Position numbers and translations under genes: made by a program
Source: Pelagomonas calceolata
Taxonomy: Eukaryota
Direction of reading: 5' to 3'
Length of the DNA: 64,000 nucleotides
Assembly (NCBI GenBank): GCA_918797485.1
Contig: CAKKNE010000001.1
Location: 1,488,001 to 1,552,000, forward strand
Shown here: in pieces, positions 54,202 through 64,000 of the stretch
Position numbering within the stretch: position 1 is the stretch's first letter
How the letters are laid out: the number at the start of each line of letters is the position of its first letter
Notes under the pieces: model-generated
What the model was told of the DNA's origin: nothing
Seen by the model: the letters and a program-made list of their open reading frames with translations, nothing else
The model's database searches: none

Positions 54202-56396
54202 AGTGTCTGAGTGTCTGTGCAGCTCAGCAGCGTCGTTTATGGGCCGCGCGCTTGCACGGAGTGGTCCAGGGGTATCGAAGGTCTGCTGCTTTGCGCCGCT
54301 GTGCAAATGGCGCTGTGGTAGGGCACTCCCGGCCACAATACCACGCCGCCGCGGCACTGCTCAAAATCGGCCGCGATGCGAGCAACGCGTGGAGGCCGAA
54401 GGACCCCTATCTGGCATCTACGCGCTCCCTCCGGAGAAATGGGTGGCTTTAAACCCCCGGCCGGGCCCCAGGCAGTGACCCGCGACGACGCCGCCGGCCG
54501 CTAACAAGTACACAAAACAAATTTAGGACGCGGGAAGCCGCGTCAGGTGACGAGCGACTCCCCGAGGCGGAGCGTTCTTCGTGGCTCGCCGAGCCGGTCG
54601 CCCTCGCAGGCGTCGGCGATGGTGCTGGCGCGTCCGTCTGATCGCGCGTCGGTCGTGGATGCCCATGACCGTTTGCCTCAAAATGCTTATCGGTTTCACG
54701 TACGGCGCTGAGTTCGGCCATCGACCGTGTTGAGTGAAGGGAACACCAGCGCGTCGGCGGCCATCGCGGGCTCTAGATGTCCATGGTCGAGTCGTTGACC
54801 ATCGTTGCTGCGGTCGTCATTGCCAGCACTTGCAAAAATATCGCGGCGACGGCGTGACGAACTCCTGGTGCCGTGGGCGGGTCGCTGTTGTGACCGATCA
54901 AGGAGAGAGGCGCTGCTCGAACTTTTTACAAAGAGGTAGGCCATGCCCCAGGCGTTCGTGGCGCCGCGGGCTGGTGCTCGTGCCGCGGCTATCATAGCGA
55001 GGCGGTGCGCGGCGTCGGTCACGAGAAGTTCTGCAGGAAGCGGACGATGGAGCTCCGGGGGCTGCCCCCGTAGCCGTCGTCGCGGCAACGCTTAGTATGC
55101 GGATTCGTGGCACCGGTCGTGAATCTAACCGTGCACGAACCTCGCGCCAGCACTGCGGCACGGCGCTTGTCTTGGGCGTGCCTGCCGCGATCGCGGCGGC
55201 CGAGGAAGCAGTAGACCGACGCCGCCGGCGCGATACCAGGCGCGAAACGCTAGCTGCGTGCATTCAATACCGTTCGACGAGAGATGCTTGATCTCGAAGC
55301 ATCACGGACGCCAAAAAAGGGCTGCCCCTGGCTCTCGTATCGATCTCTCCCTACCTTGAAGGAGGCGTTTTTCCCGCTATGAATTGCGTAGCGCTCTTGC
55401 TCGGCATTAAAAACGAATGCGCGGGCCGCGTCGATCGCTGTCCGCAGTGTTTAGAGTGTGCCCAGCGCCTCCAGGCCCTGGCTCAGATCCTGGCTCGTTG
55501 AGGGACCCGCACGTAAGGTAGTTCGTCGAGCGCGCGAACAACGCACAATACGAGAAGTACCAGGAGCTCTCACAAAGGGCGGGTGTTCGTTTGCTTGGTG
55601 CTCGTTTGGCTTTGTCGTCCGCGTCCGTCCGCGCGTTTGCACGTCAAATTTCAGCAGCAAGGAGGCCGGGGGCGACCAAGCGCTCCTCGGCAGACTAGAA
55701 GCATCTGTTCGGCTTGAAATGGCGTCCGTTCCGCTTTGATGATCGTGTCGGGTTCTTGGCTCATTGCAGTGCGCTTTTGCAAGCTCTGCTCAGCCGCAGC
55801 GATCGATTGAGTAGGTGCTCGCGACGCAACTGGCAGCGCACCGATAGGACGCAAGCGCCTACACCACTAATCGCATTCATGCGATGTCTCCTGTTGCAAA
55901 AACCAGCACTGACGCTAGGCTCTCCTACTGCACCCCTGCCACAGCCGTGCGTACGACGACCCAGCGGCGATTTCGGCGGCAAGGCCGACGGCGCACGCGC
56001 GCCGCAAGCGTGATGTTCAGAAGCAATTAGGCAGCGACTGAACAAACGCGGACGGCGGCCAGACGCACGAAGGGCCCGCGGCCGCCGCACGGCGGCGTCG
56101 CCGTACGCGTGCGCGGCAACCCGGACCACGGCTCGGCGCACTGCCCGAGGTTCGTTCCTTGGCCGCAAATCGTGAATGCGACGGGAGGACTTCTGGAACG
56201 CGACTGCTCAGCACTAAGTCGGGCACACCGCGCGCGCCGTCCACCATCGTCGACTCTCTTCTTTTGCACTACGCATATGGCGACCTGTGATGGCGCGGAG
56301 ACGCCAAGCTCGAGTTCTCCATCCCGAGCGCGACCAGCAATTCCCTTCCTCGAGAGCCCCTAGGTACTTCGGAGACGAGTAAAGTAAGTTAGCATC

Positions 56397-56997
56397 CTAG
56401 AGGCGGCCGTAGCGCAGCTGCATTGCGAGCGCATTCTCGGTGAGCTCGATGGCGCCCTGCCACCCGGCGCCCGTGTGCTCCTTCTTGAACTGCTCCTCGG
56501 TGTTGCGGTCGAACTGGTTGTTGAGGCACTTGATCATGAGCTGCGGGGGGCGGGGGACTGGTGCGTCGGTACGAATCCGCGGGGAAACGTCGCGTCGATG
56601 GCGTGGAGGGGAGAGCGCGGGTCCCGGAAAATTGAAGGCCCCTTGACGCCGGCCCGCGCGCAGAAATTATTGGGGTCGTCCATGAGGGGCGCCCAGACGT
56701 GGTCGAGCTGGAACCACTTCGCCTCGAGCAGCTCCTTGAGCGTGTCCGAGTCGAGGCCCCAGCCGTAGGCGTCCTCGAGCATCTCCTGGAAGAGGTCCTC
56801 CTTGATGAAGGTCTCCTTGACTTTTCTCAAGAACGTGCCGTATTGCGCGCGGTGGCCGACGGACTCGAACGCCTCGCGGATCTGCGCGGAGTTCAAGGTC
56901 AACTTCAATTTCAACTCGGACTTGGGGCGGGCGGTGCCGCCGCCGGCGAGCCGGGCGCCGGCGCCGGCACCAGTGCCAGGTTCATTTTCGGCGGCAT
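56397..56997 (-). CDS. Small HNH-like protein (about 130 aa) with two probable introns (about 56882-56970 and 56541-56659)
   Basis: FQLDHVW...DDPNNFC|LMIKCLNNQF; high-GC3 exons; donor positions uncertain. Confidence 0.55.
56541..56659 (-). mobile_element. Degenerate introner-type intron, probably GC-AG
   Basis: Core CCACGCCATCGACGCG; ends CCCCGCAG; joins two coding frames. Confidence 0.6.
56882..56970 (-). mobile_element. Probable degenerate introner-type intron
   Basis: Ends TTGAACTCCGCGCAG (TIR-like); removes in-frame TGA codons; donor position is a guess. Confidence 0.4.
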
Positions 56998-57255
56998 GCG
57001 GGTGAGTGCCAGCGACGCACCTAACTGTAGTGTAGTTAGGTGCGTCGCGGCGAACAGTAACGCGTGTCTACGCATTCGTGACTCGACAGAGGAGTTAGGG
57101 ACTCGCCGACAATTGATTTGCCAGGCGACGAGCGTTGCTCGTTTGACAGAGCGATGCGAGTCGGCGCGGTGGTGTACTCTCTGATCCTTTGTCTCGGCGG
57201 AGCCCTTGGCGGCGTGGAAAACGTGGCAAAGGCTAGCGGACACTAGCGTCGCATA

Positions 57256-57265
57256 AAGACACTAG
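57256..57265 (+). promoter_or_regulatory. AAGACACTAG recurrent upstream motif, with a partial copy at 57239-57246
   Basis: Upstream of the HNH-like gene. Confidence 0.55.
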
Positions 57266-57342
57266 CATGCCTTGCGTCCTAGTCCGGCCGGACGGGTGGG
57301 CCCGGGGGGAGCGGGAGGGGTACGGGGGACCCTGCGACGTAA

Positions 57343-57468
57343 CTAGCCTCAGCCTCAGCCAAGCGGCCGGGCATCCCACGCGTCGACCGGCCGCGCTATT
57401 GCAGCGAGGAGTGCCAGCGCGCGCACTGGCTCGCGGGGCACTGCCACGAGTGCCCGTGCACCGGGTAA
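57343..57468 (+). pseudogene. MYND zinc-finger C-terminal half without an in-frame start
   Basis: RYCSEECQRAHWLAGHCHECPCTG* from 57394; in-frame TAA at 57340 upstream. Confidence 0.55.
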
Positions 57469-57492
57469 GAACAAAGTTTTGAAACACAACAC

Positions 57493-58824
57493 TTACGCGC
57501 CGCGAAACCCGCTCACGTGCGCGCCGAGCGCCGGGTCCTCCGTCAACGCACGACTGGCGGCGTCCGCCCAGGCGCCTAAAGCCGCGGCGCCGGGGCACGC
57601 GTCCGCCGCCACGCCCTCCTCGAGGAGCGTGTCCCTCAATATGTCGCCCGCGCCGCGCCACGCGGCCAAATCGCGAGGCGTCTGGACGTTCCCCTTCTTC
57701 AGGGCATTGTAGCCGTTCACGCCGCAGATCTCGACGAGCTTCCGGACGACCGGATCATCGTCATCATCAGACGAGTCCTCCTCCACGGTCGCGCGCGCTT
57801 CGGCCGCCGCCAACGCCGCGCGCCGCCGGTCTTCCGGTGGCGGCGGCGGCGGTAACGGCGCTTGTACGGGCGCTTCTACAGGTGGCGGCGCCCTCGTACA
57901 GCCGCGCCGCCGCCGTTGCGCGAAGAGCGCCGCCCACCCGACCTCCGGAACTAATTCCTCAAGCGCCGCGGGAATGAACTTCCCGTTCGAGTGCCGTACC
58001 AGAGACCAGAAGACGCGCTGGGACGCGCGCGCACAGTTCTCCGGTCGCAGCATGTCCGCGTCGCCGTCACTGACCGCTTGCCGGACGGCAGCAACGGTCT
58101 CCTCTCGCGACAACGCGTCCACGACATCTTCATGATTACCACGACTACCATGGCCCTTGGCGAAGGTGACCTTGAGCTTCGACGCGTTGCCACTCAAAGT
58201 GGTCTCTGCGACCGATATCTCGAATTTACCGCTCTGGCACGCCGCGACGCGATCCTCGGCCTTCGTGTCCTCGTAGCGGCCTTCGACCGCACCCTTCAGG
58301 GCCTTGCGGAAGAACTTGCCTCTCGTGCCGCTTTCGCCGGCCGCGGCGCTCGCGAGGTCGATGCCGACGCCTCCTTCCGACGACGCCATGTTGAGCCTTC
58401 TTCGTCTTGGTTGTTTGGGGGCCGTCGCGAGGGGCTGCGGTCTGGATGGTGCGGGCGCGGGGTTAATGATCTCTGCGGGCGCAATGCCGGCGGCCCGCGC
58501 TTCGGCCGCCCTTAAAGCCGCTGCTCTTCTATCGTCGACGGGAGGGCCCTTGGCTTTTTTGCGCGTTGATGGTTTCTTGGCCGGTGCCGCGCGCTTCTTC
58601 TCGATGCCGCGCAGCGCGGCGTTGTTCGTCGTCACGTCCTTTAGTATTGAGGCTGCGTCGAGCGCTTTGGGCGGAAAGCCGCCGGCTAAGTCTAGGCCTC
58701 CTTTGCAGCGGAAGTCCGCCGCGGCGCGTTCGGCTAAACTGGAGACGGCGTCGTCCGGGTTCACATGTGAAAAGGTCTTCGTCGCGCCCTTGACGGTGAT
58801 GCGCAGGGACCAGAGCTCGGCCAT
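57493..58824 (-). CDS. Protein with an N-terminal ubiquitin-like domain
   Basis: WSLRITVKG...V..L.......LDLAGGFPPKAL (OTU1/UBX-like GFPP motif); no OTU catalytic domain recognised. Confidence 0.7.
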   Translation of the reverse strand: MAELWSLRITVKGATKTFSHVNPDDAVSSLAERAAADFRCKGGLDLAGGFPPKALDAASILKDVTTNNAALRGIEKKRAAPAKKPSTRKKAKGPPVDDRRAAALRAAEARAAGIAPAEIINPAPAPSRPQPLATAPKQPRRRRLNMASSEGGVGIDLASAAAGESGTRGKFFRKALKGAVEGRYEDTKAEDRVAACQSGKFEISVAETTLSGNASKLKVTFAKGHGSRGNHEDVVDALSREETVAAVRQAVSDGDADMLRPENCARASQRVFWSLVRHSNGKFIPAALEELVPEVGWAALFAQRRRRGCTRAPPPVEAPVQAPLPPPPPPEDRRRAALAAAEARATVEEDSSDDDDDPVVRKLVEICGVNGYNALKKGNVQTPRDLAAWRGAGDILRDTLLEEGVAADACPGAAALGAWADAASRALTEDPALGAHVSGFRGA

Positions 58825-59479
58825 CGCTGCGGCGGCGTCTTGGGGGTCTGAGACTCCCCTGCGCAGCTCTGAACTTGGCCGCTCGACCTTGGCGTTGTGC
58901 GCGCTCGCTGCAGTGGCTTCTTGGCTGTATCTAGGACTGCCAACGGCAAACGTAACGTAATTTGCGTCCGCGCGTCGACCGCTATTCGACCCGCTTTGCC
59001 GAGTCTCAGGCGCCGCAAATCGGGTTTTGAATTTGAAACGTCCGTGCAGCGGTCCGAGGCGTCTCGGAGGGCTCCGCTCCGAGGCCTGCGACGGCTCGCT
59101 GGCCCGTCGAAAACACTGCGCTCTCCGCAAAACAGGGAGACAAGCAGCGGCTTTATCGACTTGTGCGAAGCCCTCGCGCGAGCCAACCAAGCCATCGCCT
59201 AGGCGTATCTCTTTGCCGCAGTAGCGAGCGCAAATTCGGCTCGTCTTCGGGTCCTCGGAAGCCCCGGCGCGCCCAAAAAAGAGGCTTGGCGCCTGGCAAG
59301 CGAACACATTAATCTAAGGCCGCGGCGGCGCAAGCGCGCCCCGAGACGGTCGCGCGCGCTTGCCACAGTCCGGGACCCAACACAGAAGGCCCCCTGTACT
59401 CTCAAACAGCTTGCGCCCGCACACCGCGCGGACCGCCTCGCCGAGCCCTATAAAAAACACAAAAAGCGGCGACCGAAAC

Positions 59480-61024
59480 ATGGCCGAGGCCTGGCGCTCG
59501 AAGCCCTTCCCCCAGACCGTCGCCTGCCAGATCTGCACCCTGGAATTGACCATACCAAGCCCGGAAGTGATCCCGTTCCTGAGTTGCGAGGCCTGCGGCG
59601 CGACGCCCTGCGCGCGGCTCTGTGGCAGGTGGTTCGCGAGCGAGCAGGGCGCGGCGAAGCACACGCTGAGCTGCGGGCGGATGGCCGCCAGGAAACCGAA
59701 ACCCCCGGCGTCGCCCCCGAGGCAGGCTTCTACTTTACCGGTGCACGGCTTGTTGGAAGGTGCCGCTCCCCCAGCGCCCTCGCCCGTCGTCACGCCGCCC
59801 GTGCCGGGCGCGCGCGACGCCGCCGTCGCGCGCGCCGGCGCCGCCGCGCCGCGAGGAACCGTGGTCGTGAACGGGGAGCCCCGGGGTGCAGGGGCGCCGC
59901 CGCCGAAGCCCAAGGCGAAGAGCTCGGCGCCGAAGCCCAAGGCGCGGCCGAAGAAGCGCGTCAAACGAGAGGCGCCTCCACCAGCACCGGTGGAAGAGGC
60001 GGAGCCGCTGCCGCCAGCGCCCGCCGATAATGAAGTTGCGGAGGGCGCGGCGCTCGCACCCCGAGCCTTCCGCGAGAAGCTCAGCAAGGCCCTCGACAAG
60101 CTAGGCGGCCGCTACAACCTCGAGACGTCGCCCGGCGTGCGGGGCAACTTGCAGCCCGCGGTCCAAGTGTGTGCTTCCGGCCAAAGAGACGCGCACTATG
60201 GAGCGGTGTTGCCGGCGCTGGTGGTCTCAATCTGTGTGGAAATCATGACCTCCACGCCATCGACGCGGCGCCTGCTCGACGGCGTGGCGATGCCGGTTCC
60301 TCACCGCTCGACTCACTGGTTGATTTCCACACAGGTCTCAATACTACGCCACGCGCGCTTCCAGCCCGGCGAGACCTTCGCCGATGTGGGGAGCGGTATT
60401 GGCACCGCGGTGCTACAGACGGCTCTTACGACAGCGTGCGCGCGAGCGACGGGCGTCGAGGTCGTCCAGACGAGACACGAAGCGGCGCTCCGAGTTCATG
60501 CCGCACTGAGGGAGCTACTTTCCGATGACGAGCGTTCTATTCTAGAAGCCAAGTGCGCTCTTTGTCTCGGCGACGCGTTTTCAGATTCAACCTCTGCCTT
60601 CCTAGCTTCATGTGATGTCCTCTTCGTGAACAACGCGTCGGGCACGATGGCTCCCGAACGCGTCGCCGGCACGGCACTCGACGAGCAGCTCGCGAACGTC
60701 GCGAAACGGTGCCGCGTCGGCAGTCGCCTCATCGCGATGGACCGGATCCCTTTGTTAGATGAGTGCAACGCGTTCAAACTGGAACAGTTCTACTCGTCGG
60801 AACGCGCCGTGACCTGGACGGACGCACCCGTGCCGTTGTACGTCTACGCCAAAAAGGCGGACACGTGGCAGTGTCGAAGATGCACCTTCGCCAATCCATT
60901 AATGGACGACTACCACTTCATCACGGAGTGCCAGGCCTGCTCCGACGAGATGCGGAGTCGCTTCGGTTTGAACGACGGCGAGCGCATTTCCGGGAGGAGG
61001 TCGCGGTCGCCGCGGCCGACTTAG
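59480..61024 (+). CDS. DOT1-like histone H3K79 methyltransferase with a C-terminal RanBP2-type zinc finger; exons 59480-60223, 60335-61024
   Basis: HYGAVLP, FADVGSGIG...Q.AL, GVEV, GD, DVLFVNN, VTWT; WQCRRCTFAN...CQAC. Confidence 0.85.
   Translation: MAEAWRSKPFPQTVACQICTLELTIPSPEVIPFLSCEACGATPCARLCGRWFASEQGAAKHTLSCGRMAARKPKPPASPPRQASTLPVHGLLEGAAPPAPSPVVTPPVPGARDAAVARAGAAAPRGTVVVNGEPRGAGAPPPKPKAKSSAPKPKARPKKRVKREAPPPAPVEEAEPLPPAPADNEVAEGAALAPRAFREKLSKALDKLGGRYNLETSPGVRGNLQPAVQVCASGQRDAHYGAVLPALVVSICVEIMTSTPSTRRLLDGVAMPVPHRSTHWLISTQVSILRHARFQPGETFADVGSGIGTAVLQTALTTACARATGVEVVQTRHEAALRVHAALRELLSDDERSILEAKCALCLGDAFSDSTSAFLASCDVLFVNNASGTMAPERVAGTALDEQLANVAKRCRVGSRLIAMDRIPLLDECNAFKLEQFYSSERAVTWTDAPVPLYVYAKKADTWQCRRCTFANPLMDDYHFITECQACSDEMRSRFGLNDGERISGRRSRSPRPT
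60224..60334 (+). mobile_element. Introner intron, GT-AG, 111 bp, perfect TSD
   Basis: GTCTCAAT at 60224-60231 and 60335-60342; TIRs CTGTGTGGAAATCA / TGATTTCCACACAG. Confidence 0.97.
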
Positions 61025-61093
61025 GCCTCGATTTTTGCTCTTCCCTCCCGTGCGTAAGTGGCGGGTTCCCTATCTTGTCGCGGCGACGGCGTT

Positions 61094-61123
61094 GCGCGTC
61101 GACGGCGTGCGCGTCGACGGCGT
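61094..61123. repeat. Tandem 15-bp copies of the introner core motif in non-coding DNA
   Basis: GCGCGTCGACGGCGT x2. Confidence 0.7.
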
Positions 61124-61624
61124 GCAGATGGCTCTCGCGTTTCGAGGGCCGACGACGGCGCGTTCTCAAGAAGCGAGAGCGCTGCGCCTGTTCGTACGGG
61201 TCCGTCGATCGCCCAGCAATTTTTCTCGACTGCTGGGTGACGGGGACGCCGTGGACCCGCTCAATCGGGCCTCACTAATCGCGTATTCCCTAAATCATTT
61301 AAACACTCTAGGGTGCATGCAGAGTGCGTGAAGCACTTGGGCTAAATTGCGCTAGACGCCCCGCTCGTGCCAGGCAGGGGTGATTTTTGCGCGCTGTAGG
61401 CCTGGTCTTGAGCCACAGTGAAAACCGGCGCGCCGGCGCGGTCTCGGGAAGCGCTGAGACTGCTCCTTTGCGGGACACGTTCGCAGTGCACAGAATACGG
61501 CGCGCGGCGAGGGACCGCCTGCGCGCCCGCTTTTCTGCAGCACCGAACACCGCAAAGAAGCGCCGCCGACCGGTGTCGAGCCGCACACCGCTACCAAAAA
61601 ATACAGACGCTTTAGCCGAGCACG

Positions 61625-64000
61625 ATGGCCAAAAGCGAACGCGACGACGAGGACATGGCCCCGGCGCCCGCGCCGCGAGGAAGCCCACCGTCAGCGACGG
61701 GCCGCCGCCGCGCCCCACCGAAGCGCAAGGCCGACGAGGACGACAAGGGCGACGCCCGAGCGCGACGCCGACGCGCAAGAGAGCCCTCGGCGCGCACGAA
61801 GGCCCAGGACCCGCTCGGTGCGGCGACGAGGTTCGTGGATCTCACACGGAGACTAGCTGCCGGTGGCGCCGATGCTTCGCCTGGTTTAGAGTTAGAAGCA
61901 CTAGCAAAGCTACTCTACGCGCTGACGCAACGGACGGCGACGACCGAGGAACGATCTTTGAGTGCGAGGGCCCTATTAGCAGCTAGAGACGCGCTACTCG
62001 CCTTATCAAGCCAAAGGTCCGAGGACGACGACGCGGCCCCGGCCTCGAGAACGAGAGCCCAGAAGGCCATCGAGGAGGAGGACCAGCCCCAGCCCCTCGA
62101 CAAGAACGCCCAGCTCTGCGCCGGCGCAGCTTTAGAATTATGTGTTGAGCTGTGCCAGCAAGAGACGACTGGCGTCGTTTGTAGGGACCAGGCTTCGCAA
62201 AGACGGGCTAACGTGGCGTTGGACGTCCTGGAGGAGCTCTGCGGCGGCTCCAGTTGTGCTTCGGTGGATTTAGCGGAGGACGCTTCCAGTAGTCGAATCC
62301 CGCCCTTCGAGGACGTCCTGGCCACGACTTTGCACGCCGCCGCCGCGCGCTGCGCCGACAAATTAAGGCGCGTAGCTCCATCTCAGTCCAAAGAAGAACG
62401 AAGACCGTCGCCCGTGATCATCCAACTAGCCGCAGCCAATCTCAGTCGCATAGAAGCTCCTCAGAAGTTACTAAGGTGCGCGGACACTGGTCTCAGAATA
62501 GCGGGCGGCCACAAACCAGACGACGAAATGAAAGACCAGGACGAGGACGGGGATAGGAATGCGGCGATGGCCTGGGCCTCTAGACTAGCTCGAGTCGCGA
62601 GACTCGTGGAGGACGAGCGCGCTGATGAGTTAGTGAGTCAGGCCCAACGCAATAATGTCGAGCAGGCTTGTTTTGATGTGGCCGCGCGCTTGGGTGCCGT
62701 GGCCGCTCTGTCACCGGTGGAAGCGTCACAAGTACAAAGTGGAGGCTGGCGCGAGCCACGGAGGCGGCACGCCGCAAAGTTCACGAATGAGGAGGAATGC
62801 AGCGAAGCTGTTAGGTGCTTCGCCGACGTCTCCATGATAGCGCAAACAGCAAAACCGGACAATCCGCAGCCGCATCTGGTCGACGCGATCGGCGCGGCGG
62901 CCGTGTTCCGGGCCTGCGGGCCTCTCAGTTCAGCTATTGTGGAAGGCACCACTACGGGAGAAGAGCGATTACCTTGTGCGGTAGCCGCCTTCGCTCTGAC
63001 TGCTGTCGCCGAGGCTTCGCAACATAATTGTACAGGACCCTTAGCGCAAGATGCTCTGTCGACGATCGATGGTTGTTGTGCTTGCGCTCTGGCCGGTGCG
63101 GCCCGCTCCACAGATGACGATTTGGCGACCCTAGGCCTGAAAGCGTTAGCTTCACTGTTAGGACCTCCCTCAGAAAAACAGGAAACGAAAAAAAGAAGAC
63201 GCGCGGTTGAGGAGGACGGCCCGTCGGCGTTCCGAGATGTTTTAACAACTGATCATGCGTTGGCTGTGCTCTACGCTACGGCTTGGGATTCATCAACAGA
63301 CTTACCTAAGGATAGTACGATAGCGAGAAGACGCGCGCGGGGCGACCGGGCCTGGCTCGCGGCTCGAAGTGCCTCGCGAGCCGTCGCCGACTCACTAACA
63401 GGCGAATCTCTAGACCAGGCGCGGAACGCTTTTGTGGAACACATGTCCCAGGACGACGCCATTGATATGGGAATGCCTAGGAAAGCTTTCTCGGTAGTAT
63501 ATGATCTGGTACTAGATAGAGGAGAAGGCTGTTCCCAACACCTGACGAAGGTGGCGTCTTTATTATTCGGGGATGATGTTGAGGTGTGTCCTCTCGGGTA
63601 CGCCCCGCACGGGGCTCGTTTTTTAGTCGATGCTCTGTCGTCACCGCGACGGGATGCCTTCTCAACAGCAGTAGGAGAGAAGCTGTGGGAGCACATCACG
63701 AAGTTGAATGACGACGACGACCTCCAGACCGCGGCTCGGTTGCTCCACGTCGCGCGCGCGTCCCTCGAAGCCTCACCGACATCGTCGTCACTACTCGCGG
63801 ACCGACTGAGGTCGGAAGACGACGATGCGGATGAAAACCAACTCTATGCGGCATTGAGAGGCTTCACAACCACGGAGCCGCCGAAGCGCATGCGGCGGCG
63901 GCGGGCCCCCGCGGCGAAGAAGGTGACCCAGCAACCTGCGCCATTGGTCGAGGGCAAGCGCATCACCGAACTACGAGCAGCGGCCGTCGCCATCCTCAAG
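61625..64000 (+). CDS. Large hypothetical alpha-helical protein, 3'-truncated by the window edge
   Basis: MAKSERDDEDMAP... frame appears open to the window end (...LRAAAVAILK; spot-checked); absent from the ORF track because it lacks a stop. Confidence 0.7.
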   Translation, partial: MAKSERDDEDMAPAPAPRGSPPSATGRRRAPPKRKADEDDKGDARARRRRAREPSARTKAQDPLGAATRFVDLTRRLAAGGADASPGLELEALAKLLYALTQRTATTEERSLSARALLAARDALLALSSQRSEDDDAAPASRTRAQKAIEEEDQPQPLDKNAQLCAGAALELCVELCQQETTGVVCRDQASQRRANVALDVLEELCGGSSCASVDLAEDASSSRIPPFEDVLATTLHAAAARCADKLRRVAPSQSKEERRPSPVIIQLAAANLSRIEAPQKLLRCADTGLRIAGGHKPDDEMKDQDEDGDRNAAMAWASRLARVARLVEDERADELVSQAQRNNVEQACFDVAARLGAVAALSPVEASQVQSGGWREPRRRHAAKFTNEEECSEAVRCFADVSMIAQTAKPDNPQPHLVDAIGAAAVFRACGPLSSAIVEGTTTGEERLPCAVAAFALTAVAEASQHNCTGPLAQDALSTIDGCCACALAGAARSTDDDLATLGLKALASLLGPPSEKQETKKRRRAVEEDGPSAFRDVLTTDHALAVLYATAWDSSTDLPKDSTIARRRARGDRAWLAARSASRAVADSLTGESLDQARNAFVEHMSQDDAIDMGMPRKAFSVVYDLVLDRGEGCSQHLTKVASLLFGDDVEVCPLGYAPHGARFLVDALSSPRRDAFSTAVGEKLWEHITKLNDDDDLQTAARLLHVARASLEASPTSSSLLADRLRSEDDDADENQLYAALRGFTTTEPPKRMRRRRAPAAKKVTQQPAPLVEGKRITELRAAAVAILK

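Noticed and set aside
16312..60334. Recurrent peptides WLISTQV / CVEIK / HAIDAT as a shared protein domain
   Set aside because: They are translations of the introner TIR and core, not protein sequence

Overview
Gene-dense, GC-rich eukaryotic nuclear DNA from a photosynthetic stramenopile, most likely a pelagophyte of the Pelagomonas/Aureococcus type. This is inferred from a tubular-mastigoneme gene, ASAF-type plastid presequences, DUF285 surface proteins and introner introns. About 32 protein genes were reconstructed by hand, including Rab2, a mastigoneme/SIG protein, a GH5-like protein, meckelin, OvoA, an ankyrin kinase, an ABCC transporter, TYW1 and a DOT1-like methyltransferase. The dominant non-coding signal is a family of about 18 short (55-191 bp) intron-forming MITE-like transposons (introners). 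They have CTGTGTGGAAATCAA...TTGATTTCCACACAG terminal inverted repeats that supply the 3' AG, 8-bp target-site duplications that supply a GT or GC donor, a shared ACGCCATCGACGCG core, and insertion in both orientations. Other notable structure: (i) a whole intronless gene bracketed by an 84-bp duplication of the upstream gene's stop/3' end, with a smaller 33-bp analogue at the window start; (ii) a recurrent (TGT)AAGACACTAG motif seen only upstream of genes; (iii) a 70-codon ORF ending 4 bp before a mitochondrial carrier; (iv) several probable pseudo-enzymes. No rRNA, tRNA, CRISPR array or autonomous transposase was recognised. All gene models are manual and lack transcript support.
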